The notes beneath the pieces are model-generated. The model was not told where the DNA came from and made no database searches. It worked only from the letters and a program-made list of their open reading frames with translations. From assembly GCA_040954595.2 (NCBI GenBank), contig CM082586.2, forward strand, positions 1,369,124-1,433,123: 64,000 nt of DNA. Direction: 5' to 3'. A program made the translations under genes and the position numbers. This document shows, in pieces, positions 1-12,400 of the stretch. Position 1 is the first letter of the stretch, and each line of letters opens with the position of its first letter. This stretch comes from Balanoglossus misakiensis. Its lineage: Eukaryota; Animalia; Hemichordata.

Positions 1-120
1 TTTTTGGACTAAATTGGATTGAAATGAGATATTTTATATTTACGGCATGACAGCTGCCATCAGCTACTCTGAGTAAGAGTTTAAATCACTACTAGAACTA
101 CAATATTTCCATCACCAGCA

Positions 121-126
121 TTTATT
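121..126 (-). promoter_or_regulatory. Candidate polyadenylation signal of DGK-theta (AATAAA on minus strand)
   Basis: tttatt on the plus strand about 200 nt downstream of the exon B stop. Confidence 0.4.
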
Positions 127-325
127 TTTGTTTAAATCAGCCAACCCTTTTAATCGTATACTTTGATTTTTTTTTAAATTGGTAGTGAGCCCATGTTTCT
201 ACTGTTAACAATAGTTCTAGACTCGTTTCTATAGTTCAACACACCCTACATGCTGAGAATGTTGGGCAAAAACAGCACCACCGGTAATTTTTATGTTTTT
301 TTTACATCTTCTGGGTTCATCCAGC

Positions 326-499
326 CTACACCTTATTAAGTTCTTCACTTCGGACTGCGAGAAGTCGGGGCGGTTCAGATTTCCGGGGATCTCCGTCGAT
401 CGGCGATCGCCTGTCTTCCGTTGGCGACGTAGCGTTTATTATGGTCGGTTCGGTGTTTCTTCGTTTGATCTTCAGTTTTGATTTCTTAAGCATCGTTGC
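326..499 (-). CDS. DGKQ: DGK-theta alternative last coding exon B ([21 protein letters not shown]...EELNKV*)
   Basis: Acceptor ...tttatcacctag at 501-500; phase 0; 57 codons to TAG at 328-326; its start is paralogous to exon A. Confidence 0.8.
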   Translation of the reverse strand, partial: ATMLKKSKLKIKRRNTEPTIINATSPTEDRRSPIDGDPRKSEPPRLLAVRSEELNKV

Positions 500-3400
500 C
501 TAGGTGATAAACATATGGGTTGGAGATGTGTTAGCAATTAATTTGTGGGTCTGTATTTCTTCGCTGTATCTTGGACTTCTTCAGCATGGTTGCCTACAGA
601 AAGAGGGTTGGTGAAAGATGTTAGAATATGAAGGATCAAGCAAAAACACACACAAGGTTTCTACAACATGAAAACATTCACTTAGAGCACCAGCCACACT
701 GTGCACCTCCAAAACTTAATCTCAATTCATTTGAATATTGTTTTGCACGCACACAGTGCAGCTGAATAATCAATGAGCAATGACTATAGAGGAAGCGTTG
801 TCATTGGATAAGGAAAGTCATGTGATAAATCCTTCTAGTCATGAGACAGTCACATGCAGGTGGCAGAGACTGAGATTATTGTTTTATGATCAACTCCGCA
901 TGAGAAAGGGAAGGAGGCCCTCACAGGCATGCAATGTTAGTCACACAGAAAATGAAACTAAATTTAGCATGATAATAGGGTTTGTGACCCTCAAACATTG
1001 ACAACCTGAAACTGGAAGAATTGAGAATTCGTCATTTGGATTATTGACAGCAGAAATCACAGGATAACTGAGTATGCATGACTAGGCACTGGCTAGGCCG
1101 GAACAAAAGAGACCAGCTTACCTGCAGAGCAGACCTGGTGATAACAACTTGACCCGCAAGCTGCATCCAGGGTTCTCCATCCACCTGCACAGGCATGTCA
1201 CTGTTCATCCAAACACGAATCTGTACAGCGGAGAAAGAAAAGTCAACGTTAGTGCAATCAATCTCTGTGCACTACTTGTCTATATTTCAACATGCATCTG
1301 TGCCAAGTGAGGAAAACTCTTTTTAAAATACCAAAAATCCAATGCTTGAAACATTATTCTTCTTTGAAAACAAAAGATGGCCTCCTTACATGTGATCCTT
1401 GCGCTAGACGCACTCCGGTCCGAAGACCACTCTGTATTTGCCCCATATGGACAATTCCCGTCAGCCCCACTACTTCCAGATTGCCATCGGAGGGCGATGA
1501 TTTCCTCCAACGTCCACTCCCATCGTCATCTTGACCCCAGACATCTGCCCCTGATCCCCAGCTGCAACACAAAGAGTAACACTGTCAGGTTTAATACCAT
1601 CAAGGGATGGAAGCTGCTGCTTTTGACATATCACCTGTATTTTCTTCTCGGTTCCCTAGAGCTCATTCCAACCCTCAATATCCTCCCATCAACACAAAAA
1701 CCAATATGATGAAAATTATGTTTCTACATCTTACACTGACATCCCATACAGACCCAATCTGATACACGTACCTGCCAAACTCTAACCCACCCACCCCTTC
1801 AACCATCCACCCAACCACCACACACCACACAACAACCCATCACCAACTCCCGAACAGAAAATAAAAACCCACCTTCCGATATTTAAAAGAATGATGCCCT
1901 CCAGAGGGGGCAATTCGAGTCTCTGGCCGTCCACTTCGACTCTCAAGTCTTTGTACAAATCTTTACATGATCTCCTTTCTCTTTGCATCATCTTCCGGAC
2001 ACTCACTTTGAAGTACACCCCTTTATTGTAGATCCGGCTCTGGAACTTTTCCGGGTTCTCTTCCCGTTTCAAATGGAATGCCAGGCAGACGTCGGCATCG
2101 ATTCCGATTCCAAAGTAATTGTTCATGACAAACATGTTGGGCATATCGTCGTTGCCTGAGCTGCTTGTTGACGAGTTGGATTTGTTGTCACACTCTACCA
2201 GTTTGCCATCGGGTTCAAATATTACAGTCCATCTGTGAAAGATCACATATATTTGTCAAACAAAATCTACAACCCCAGTTAGTTAGTACAATTTTAAATT
2301 GACACATAAGGAAAACCTAGTGTATGTAGTTACTACAGCAAGGATTGATACCATATTTTATTTTCTCACCTGTCCAATTTGATTTCTTCTGCATCGACAA
2401 TTGCACGTAGTATAGAATAAACGTCATCATTAGCATCGTATCCACCACCCCACTTCAAACAGCGGGCTAAGTCGTTTCCTGTACATGACAAAGAATTTCA
2501 AAGAAGAACTTTACTGAATAGTCATCAAGTGTAAATTTGTACATCTGGCAAATAAAGTAAATCGGCCAATGATATTAACATTTTGGTCTGTTAAGTTTCG
2601 TTCATTTCTCTCTCAACGGGCCTCCTGCCTGCAGCGCCCTCTACTGGTACGTTTTCAACCTCTAGCCGATGACATCACTCACCTGTTCCAAGAGGTAATA
2701 TTGCTATAGGTGGCCTGCTACACACAGCTTCTTGGCTCAAGTCGTCCAGCACAGACAGGACCCAGCCAACTGTACCGTCACCTCCGCATATCAAAACGCG
2801 GTACTTCTGCAGTTTACTGAACACATGCAGGCTGTCAAAGCAAACAAGAAGAACGGACATAATAAAGTATACCAAGTATAAACCAGAATGATTTCTCTGT
2901 ATTTGTGTCTTCAGCGACCCATCACTTTTGAGTGAAGGGTCGATTCATAAGCTCACAGTTCACAAGGTCATGAACTTACCCAGGTAAAGGGCCTCCTTGG
3001 TCAAGGTCAAAGACTTGGTGAGGATTGACAAGTTTCCTAATATTTGTGATGAGTTCAGCGCCCTGACATCCACCGCTCTTTACGTTCACAAAGACCAGCA
3101 ATGGACAATTATCTTCATCGAGTCTCTCGGTCTGAAAGGGTGGGGGAAGTCAGTGAGTTCAAAGTTCAAAGGTTACCATGGAGAAGACACAATACAATCC
3201 TGAGTGTAGATAGACTTTACTCTTCAGTCTACAGTGATTGGGTCAGTGTTTACCATGTGTTCAAAGTAGCAAAAATAAATGAAACCCTGCTGTAACTGAC
3301 AAAACAGTCAAATAAACTACTTGTACAAAACACCAAGATTTTGACTTAGGGCTTGTTCTATTTCTCCAAATGTTTACTCACGTGGATTTCAGGAACAAAA

Positions 3401-6400
3401 AGTACAACAAGGCTTTTGTCATCGATGGTAGCCTCTTTTAAAATGTGATAAGCACTCTCGGCAGCTTCCACGTCATCGAAGACTAATACTACAGCTCCTG
3501 GTTTTTGGAGAGAAAACGGGAAAAAGGGATCACTAAACTGTGACATGATTAGAAGCTCCAGGCTTACATAGATTTTGCTATTAAATCTGGTAACAGAAAA
3601 GTGTATTACATATCATGGTTCCCTCGTGTCAACCACCACAAACTGAAAACACAAATAGCAAAGAGAATTTTTCCAAGGATGTGAAGATGCTAAACTCACC
3701 GTTTTGTGCATATAGAGTACCTATAGTGAAATGCACTGTAAAACAAAATGAAGAAAGCGACTTCAACATACAAGTTACTACACAGAACAAAGTATTTACG
3801 TCCCCTGTGAAAACAGGGAAAACCTTTCAACCCTAGTTCCCTATCTAGCGGTCCAACTTTATCATAGAAAACAATGGGTTTGGACTAAACCATGTGGTGG
3901 AAAGGTTACAGTAAAGGACAGGAAAGTGTTGAGAACTTACCTTCTCCTAAGAATTTCGCAATGATCTGCTTGTATCTGTGATCTGATAAGTTGATGGGCA
4001 GATTACCCACGTACATTTCTGAGCGGTCGTGCCTTCGCTCTTTAATCTTCCTGAGATAATACCGTGTCTGTTTCATTTTTCGCAGAGAGTTCTGTCGACA
4101 AAGAGACAGAGACCCCGAAATTGTGAACATCATCAAGTTTAAAGTCTTGAAACACTTTTTACGCGACTATAAACGCAGCAAGCATCTCTCCCCATTCATC
4201 AGTGTCTCCTTGGCACAAAAACGTAATCTCCCAAAATGTGTACGAAGGTAACAGAAATGAGCTGATGTGCCTGGGATGTGCTAATGTAATTTAATTTAAT
4301 CACAGATCACTTGAAGGCAAAAGTTTCACTGACTGTTTTATATTGCAAGATGGCTGAGACAGAATGACTCTGTGGAAATCATCTGGGGTCGGGGGAAGCA
4401 TTAATAATAAACTCTGGAACTGACCACCCTCATAGACATGTATATGCAACCAATAAGCATTCAAAAGATAGGCCAGCATGCACCCTGGATGCAGTTTTAG
4501 CAAAACAGCCCAGCACAGAAGAACCTCGCCGGACACAACTCGGATCTGGGGGGACGAAATAGGTTCAAACGAAGAGACGTTTCCAGACAGATATTTTAGA
4601 GAAATGATCATGCAATCTGTAGTTTGTATCACTGAGATCTCACAGCTAGCATTTTTGTGACACATCCAGAGTAACAGAGGCTTAGGCTGAAAACAAGGAA
4701 ATTTACATTGGGATATTGCTGAAAAGAACATACAGAAACATACAGAAAGCCAGCAGAGATGTAGATAAGGCAAAAGACCAAAGAGATATTTTCTTTCTCA
4801 AGTCATAAGGCAGGCTTTTCTCTCTAGTAAGGCTTGTCTTTGCATGTAAAAGTTTGGATCAATTTTCAACAGAAAAAATCTGACCAGCAGACTACAATGA
4901 CTGGTGTGAACCTGATACTCTGTTTGTTTTTGTTTTTCATTTTGTTTTGAAAATAAAAATGAGAGAATAAATTGACCACCTCAAGCAGAATGATGACTTC
5001 TACATCACTGGTTATAATCTTAGGAGGAGACATGATCCATTTTGGAAAGTAATTTTCTGTACAAACAGGTTGAGGATCAGCAGAGAAGTCAATCAGCTCT
5101 TTCTCAAGATAGCCTGGGGCTGGGTACTAAAATAAGAACATGGGAATAAAAAAAGTCACATGCCTTTTACATGGGTAAAACATTTTTTTTTCTCTTCTCT
5201 CACACATAACGGCACAAGTACATGATTCTGATTAATGCTGAAGTCTATCCTGGCTGCACTACAAGAGCAGGTCTGCACAGATTTCAGCAGTTCAGCAAAA
5301 CGAAAGGTCCAATCAACAGGAAGTTAATTCTGAACTGCCACGAAAGAAGCCAGGTGATTGGTTCCCCTTTGAAGCATGTGTAATTTGATTGGTTTCGGAA
5401 CCAGATGTTGAAAGTGTAATATACAGGCTGCTTTTGAATTATTGGTTACTTCCTTATAGAAAACCACCAAGAGCCTAGCACATCTGGTGATTTTTTGGAT
5501 AATCAGAGACAACATCCCAATCTGATTAAAATCAGCTGTAGAGAAAGGCTCCATCTTTACCTTCACTGTGCGTTTGCTGGTTGTGTTCTCAATGAGAGAA
5601 GACAACAGCAGTCGCAAACAGCAAAGATCTAAAGATGATACACACAGAGCCTATGTCTGTCTCCACAGCAGATTTTAATCAGATTGACCATGTCCATCTT
5701 GGAGGATTCCCATTCATGCAAAAGTTTTCGTTGTCAGACGAACACAAGAACGGGATATACACAACAAAGGGTGTGGCAGGGAAGAATGGTTCCCTGTAAT
5801 TATTGAAGCCTTGTTTGAATGTTGTGAGCATGCCATGCAACCTGCAAAAGGAGGCCTCAGTCTTTGATCAAGAAGTCACATGCCTTACATGAGTTTAATA
5901 CCATGGTTACTAATAATCAGTATCTCCTTAAAATAATCATGCAACCAGCCATTGGCATGCAGAATACTGATGAAGGTGTACATGACTTTAAATGAGGGCG
6001 CTGTAACATATGGAATGAGGGTGTTGTAAGAAACATGAAGATGAAGGCGCTTTCACACACTTGGGGATGAGGACACAGTGACATGGATGACAAACGCATG
6101 ATGATGAGGGATTACCTGGCTGCTCACACAGCTGAGGTTAAGGGCGCTGTAACACACAAGACAAGGGGCCGTCACAAACGTGGAGATGAGAGCCCAGTAA
6201 CCTGATACATGGATGACACTGACACATGACAACACTGCTGCATGACCAAAGACAGGTGTGTCACTTCTCACAGGGACGGGGAATGGGGTTACTGTTCGCA
6301 CAGCTGAAATGAGGATGTCTTCTGTAGCACTGAGAGATGAAAGATGAGAGAGGTGCCGTTAACAACAAAGGAGTGTGGGCACTTACCCGTCTTGCCTCCA

Positions 6401-9400
6401 CCAATTGCGGCCATGGACATTCTTCTCTGTCCATCACTCTGTCTTGTACTCCTTTATCTAGAACAACCTCCACTAAATTGTACTCTTTTGGATCCTCGTC
6501 CTGAGAAACAGAAAATACAAATACAGAAAGTATCAGTACACTGAGCATTAGCTGGTCAATCACAATAACAGTAAAAAATAAAGAATTAGTTCTTAAACAG
6601 AATGTAATGTTCCCCAGATGTGAAAACGGTTATCCAATGAAACACTCTTTGTGTGAATCAGTGCAAGAATGACAAACACCATATGACACTGATTTGACCA
6701 ATCACAGTGCAGGAAACAGTCCAGGTGTTACTATACTGTCTGACGAATGGAGAGAAAGGAATGATGTGAACCTGCATTAAAGTTGAATGTCTTACCTCTA
6801 AACCAAACTTATGCAAGGCCATTTCAATGACTTCTTCCACTGAGATGAAGTTATTTATAGAAATGGATTTGTATGCAACTGGTACTCTGCAAGATACAAT
6901 GGAATAGAATGGGTGAAATAAATCACTTGACTGATCACTGATTGGTTGAGTGATTGATTGATGATTGACTGACAGATGGATGGATGGATGAAGGGGTGCT
7001 GTGTACATCTATTCCTGATCATTGATCTAGACTTGTGAAGATCCATGATTGACCATTCTGTACAAGTGTTTGTTTGTTTGTCTGTTTATTTGATTTTTGA
7101 GTAAAACCAGTGACATGGATTGATGTCTTAATAGTATCTTGCAGGTGGGTCTCTGGGTAGTCTTGCATGTTTTTGATACTATGATCTCATGAAAAGGTTG
7201 TCGCTTTATGAAAAGGTCGTTGCATCATGAAAAGGTCGTTGACTGCACAATAGATGCATGGTGTGATTGAGTAATGACAGTGACACACTTTTAATATACA
7301 GAAAAGGCTTCTTTGGGTTTCTTTTGCAATAACCTAGGGGTACCAATAAATGTCAACTCACCTGAGGGTACCTGGGTACACCCTAATAGTGCCTCTCTTC
7401 AGATCTTTTTCCTGGAAATTGAGCAAAACAAAAAGTGTCACTAGACTATTTCGGACGGCTGAAGGTGTTGTTTGGATTGACCTTAGAAGGCGTGAAGAAG
7501 CTTCCCATCGGGGCTTCCCTCTTCTCAAATGGAGTGTCCAGTCAGACTACTATTTCTGTCCTACCGAAGTAGCAGTGGGCGTGATGCTACCGGTCACCAT
7601 GGCAACAGAGTAACATCACCAATACACCGCAGTACAAAGTGGCTCATGCACAATTACACAAGGGTTGAAAACACTCGATCAAGCTGTTTGTCAACGAGCA
7701 ATTAAAACTTGACAGATCAACCGGGGAATCAACATAATTATTGTAATAAATATAACTCAAATACTTGGAATAACAAAAGGAAAATAGCTCTTTGCTGCTG
7801 ACTCGTGATAACGATTTCACACGTTTGAAGTCCATATACATAACGCATGATTCTGTGCATTGTTGTGATTATGAAACCAATACAATATTTAGTGTCAATG
7901 TGGAAGTCTGCTGTTCTGCTTAATGAAACAAACTGTACTGGGTGATCGATGTTTTAGCTCACATCCTGTTTGTGCAGTTAACACGAACTCAAACACGAAA
8001 CTGCTGTTGAATCACATCAATTTTGCTAACTGTTTAATTTTCCCTTTTTATTTTTTAATCCTAATTTTCATTTTTGATTTTCAATGTTTCCTGTGAATAT
8101 TTCTTTTGCAATTTATATGAAAGAGTAATCCACTCTTTCATATTTAATCCTGACAAATTCTTTCCATCACTGTAAAATTTCATTCGCATACAGGACAATT
8201 GCAACATCTCAGGTAAATAAATTTGACCATGCAGGATGAGAATTTCTGCTGGCAACAAAAATATTTACACAGTCAAATTTATTGACAGGCAGTGCTATGA
8301 ATGTCAATGTCTACACTTCACTACATGATCAATACCACCCATATGAATACACCAGAGTTACCCTCCAACATCCTGTTATGACATGCCTGGAATCAATATC
8401 ATTTGAATCATCCAAGTGAAAGCTGTGCTGGCCATAAACATATACACAGTCCTACTCCCTACAGAATGGATTCCGGTAACGGGAAGACCCTGCGGGGTGA
8501 ATGCCCTGCATGCGAGGGGCCCTGTTCAATCTTACCCAACGTTTTAACCCCTGTCCACCCCCATTTCCCTTCATACGAGTCCAACTTCACCATAGAAAAC
8601 ACTAGATTTGGACCAAACCATGATTGTGAAAGGGTTAAAGCACCAAATGTGAGCTTATACCTCTCACGGACAACCCGTTCCTCTGTTATCACCACATATC
8701 GCAAACATTACCTAAGATTTCATTTTGCACACTTCCACCCCCATTTCACAGTACATCAGTCCAAAAACCACCATTGAATTCAACAGGAGTATACCAACGA
8801 ACAACACTAGGAGGGTTTGAAAAGGCTTACCTCATATCTAAGGAACAATGACGGTGGTCTGCCATCTCTGTTGTTCTTCCCCAGATTTGAACTGTGCTCA
8901 CCATCTTTGAGTCTGCGTTCGTGCAAATGAGAGCCTGGAGGGATACGATGTAAATCGTCTGAGAATTGGATAAGTCCGGAATTCAAGAAGATGACATGTG
9001 TGTGTGCATTCCCTGGCCCCCATACATGTAGTAACCCTATCATGCTCCTACCCCCTTCCTTATAGATAAGTCCGACTTTATCACTGAAAACAATGGATTT
9101 GGAGCAAACCATGATGGTGAAAGGTTTGAATATAAGTGGCTGTACCAAGTGTGTGGTCTCACCTGCTTCAGTTATTTCAGCCAGATAATAACATCGTGGG
9201 TCTTCGTTTATCTGGTAGGCTTTCAGTGCTGCCTCCTGCCAAAGTTCAAGGTCAAAACATATAAGTTTAATGTCAAATAGGTCAGTTTAATGTCAAATAG
9301 GTTAGTTAAAGGTCAATCAACCAACTTCAGTGAGTGAACAAGCAAAACAGTAAGCCAAAAATACCAAAATTTACAGACAGTGGAATCAAGCAAGGCCCGT

Positions 9401-12400
9401 CTATCCACAGATGTAGAACCACAGCAATGCCCCATACTCACCAGTATTTGGATTGTTGTAGCGTCCTTAGGAACTGAAATTGTGCGGGACACTCTTCGTT
9501 TGAAAGACTGGTTGCCATCGAACAGACGGATTACAGTGCCATCTGAACCTGCCATGGAAATCAAAATATATTCCATAAATTAACAAATGCCGGATAATTG
9601 ATCTCGCCCTGTTCTATTCTGCCCATCGATAACATGAGCACAATTTTAAAAAAAATTCCTTTTGTCAAATTTAGAATTATTATACGTCTAGAAATCAAAG
9701 TTGGAGACAATACAAAAGAACTTTTTAGACGAAAATGTTATCGATTAAGTCCCAATGCTGCCATTTTTTTGTTTGTTTTAAACTTGTCCTGGTTATCAAA
9801 ACTGGAAGGGTGGAATCATAAACAATGTATACCCCTCTAGTACTAAGCAGCATTGAGACTTTAATCTATTATCATAACTCAATGGATACCGACAGATTTC
9901 ACAAGTACATCTGTAAACTCTAAGAAGATGAAAGCTACAATATATTGATCACAAATTCGAGACAGACCGATAACAGTTGTTAGCATACAACTTTATTTAC
10001 AGAAGAGAATTAAGAGAATTTACTTTCGCTCTTACTCAGATCTGACAAAGTCACCTTGTTCAGTGGACTAAAATGTCAATGAAAGGGGTTTATAATCAGA
10101 AGCACTCTACACTGGGACAAACACACCTTTACAACTTCTGATAGAAGACAAACGTAAGAGGTAACTTTGGAATTATACATACAACAAACACACATGAATG
10201 TATAGCCACAATGTTACGAGCACAGATCAACAGCTCACCATGACATACCAGCAGTGTTGGAATGACTGAGAAGCATAAGGCCCTCAACACAAGGACCGAA
10301 AAGATCATCTTGTGTGAATGTTACTGATGATGTGAGCGGGAAGAAAATAAGCATTTCGTTTGCGTTAAAACATCTAGCAAGCACATGCAGGTGTCCAATC
10401 TTTCAACTTCACAAACTCCAATGGCAGCTAACCATGACACAATCAACAAATGCACATCTTCAAACACTCAGAAAACCCCCCATTTTAGGATTGGAATGTC
10501 CAAAAGCCTGTAAGTTTGAATATACACGGGACGCTACCACTGCTGATGAAAGGGAGTGCAAGGTCATCCTACCTGGCTCGATGATAGCTTCATCTTCTTC
10601 TACAGCTGCCTCATCTGAAACGAAATAATGCCACAGTTAGAGAAACAGATCATCACAGCAACTAAGCAAAACAAACACAACTTTTAATTCAACTACACGT
10701 CCTAGACAAAGTAACAAAAATCTGACTTGTGAGCCTGTTGTTACCCATGTCCCCCTTTTCGGAAACAACAGGCCTGTGAAGTAAGCAATAAAACGTAAGC
10801 AAAGACTCTGTTTTGATAGAGGGGTACTGGCAAGATACATACATCATCTGTAGTGTTCCTTTAAAGGGACACACGCTGTCACTTTTGACGAAAAAAGTTC
10901 AATATATTTATTTATCTCTATCACACACTTCTACATTTCTATATCTTATTCAGAAGACTCACAACAAACACAACAAAACACTTGAAACAGCATCTCAAGG
11001 TTTGAAAGCCATTTTTAGCATCATCATTCTGTTAGAACGCAAGGGAAGTTAGTACTTGAAGGATAGTATGAGAGTTAGTATTTTACACGTTGCACAACAC
11101 CCCACTTCAAAGCATTCCTGTCATCTCTCTCCAGTTGTGAACAATGGTACGATCCACACACTCAGCAACTGGAATGAAACAACAACTAAAGTCTTGTAGT
11201 TAATTTATCTTGAAGTGTTTTTTATAAATTTATATTGCACAAAGCAAGCAGAGACTGTGCCAAGCAGAGAGACTCATGTGCTCATACGAAAAAAAAACTA
11301 ACACTAAATTTACGTTTCTTGTTCTTAAACAGTTTGAGAAAGCCCTGCACGACATTGGAGTGATTCCTTGGACTGTCATTTTTTTTCCGTCTAGTGGGAC
11401 TGCCGTCTTGGGAACTACTAGTGCTACTACTGCATGCACTGGACAAGTCGAGCTCTGAGGAGGTAGGACTGTCAGTGAAAAACCACGACAAACCAAAATG
11501 AGTTGGTTGAGGATCACCTGGGAGGCGCAAAGAGACAAAAAGGATTACAAAGACAAACAATAACAACAAGAACATCTCTGTGGAAGTTTTAACACCTCAA
11601 AAGAACCACAAGCAGTTTTAACACAAGATCTTTTTTTTAAAATAAAATCAACCCAAGGATTCATGCACTGAAAGAAGACGTACACGGACAAACTCACAAA
11701 ATGAGAACAGAATGTTGGAGTGCGTGTAAGAAAGGGAGACTGGGGACTTTGGAGAGGAAGAGCAGGCAGAGGGGGAAATCTAGACTATGAGGGGGATGCA
11801 AAAAAATCATGCGTGTGTAGTGGGAGGGAGAGCCAAAGGTCACCGGGGGACTGGAGACATAGAACAGAAAGGGAGGACGAGTGTGTAGTAGACAAGATCG
11901 GAGACCCAGTGGGGTTTACATCAATGACCAAGCTTTGGATGTCATGTTTATTCTGCTTTTCACATCCGCCTTTATGAGTTGAAGTCCATGCCTCGTTCTT
12001 TGCAAAAGCTGAAGCGATTATGTATACTGGTTGAAGATGGGTCTTTCAATGTTCTTGCATTAACGCAGTAAAGACATTCGCGCCACATTCTGCGGTAAAG
12101 ATAACGTCAAACCTAGCAAAATGCTGGAGAAGTGCCAGCAATTTCTGGCATTCTTACGAGCCAAGCAAATTGTGCTGGCAGAATGTGAGCACCTACACTA
12201 GGTTTTGCCAGACCCATACTTTAACTGTTGCTGTGTTTTGTCGTGTGATAAAGATATTGTGGCTACTGCAGAATACAAGGCTTACCACAAAACCACACTC
12301 ACTCACAAAATATCAAAATATGCAAAATTTACAGCTTTATGTTATTATTATATTGAGTACTCATTTATGTAGCTAAGCTTGAGGTGTTAGTATGCTGCAA

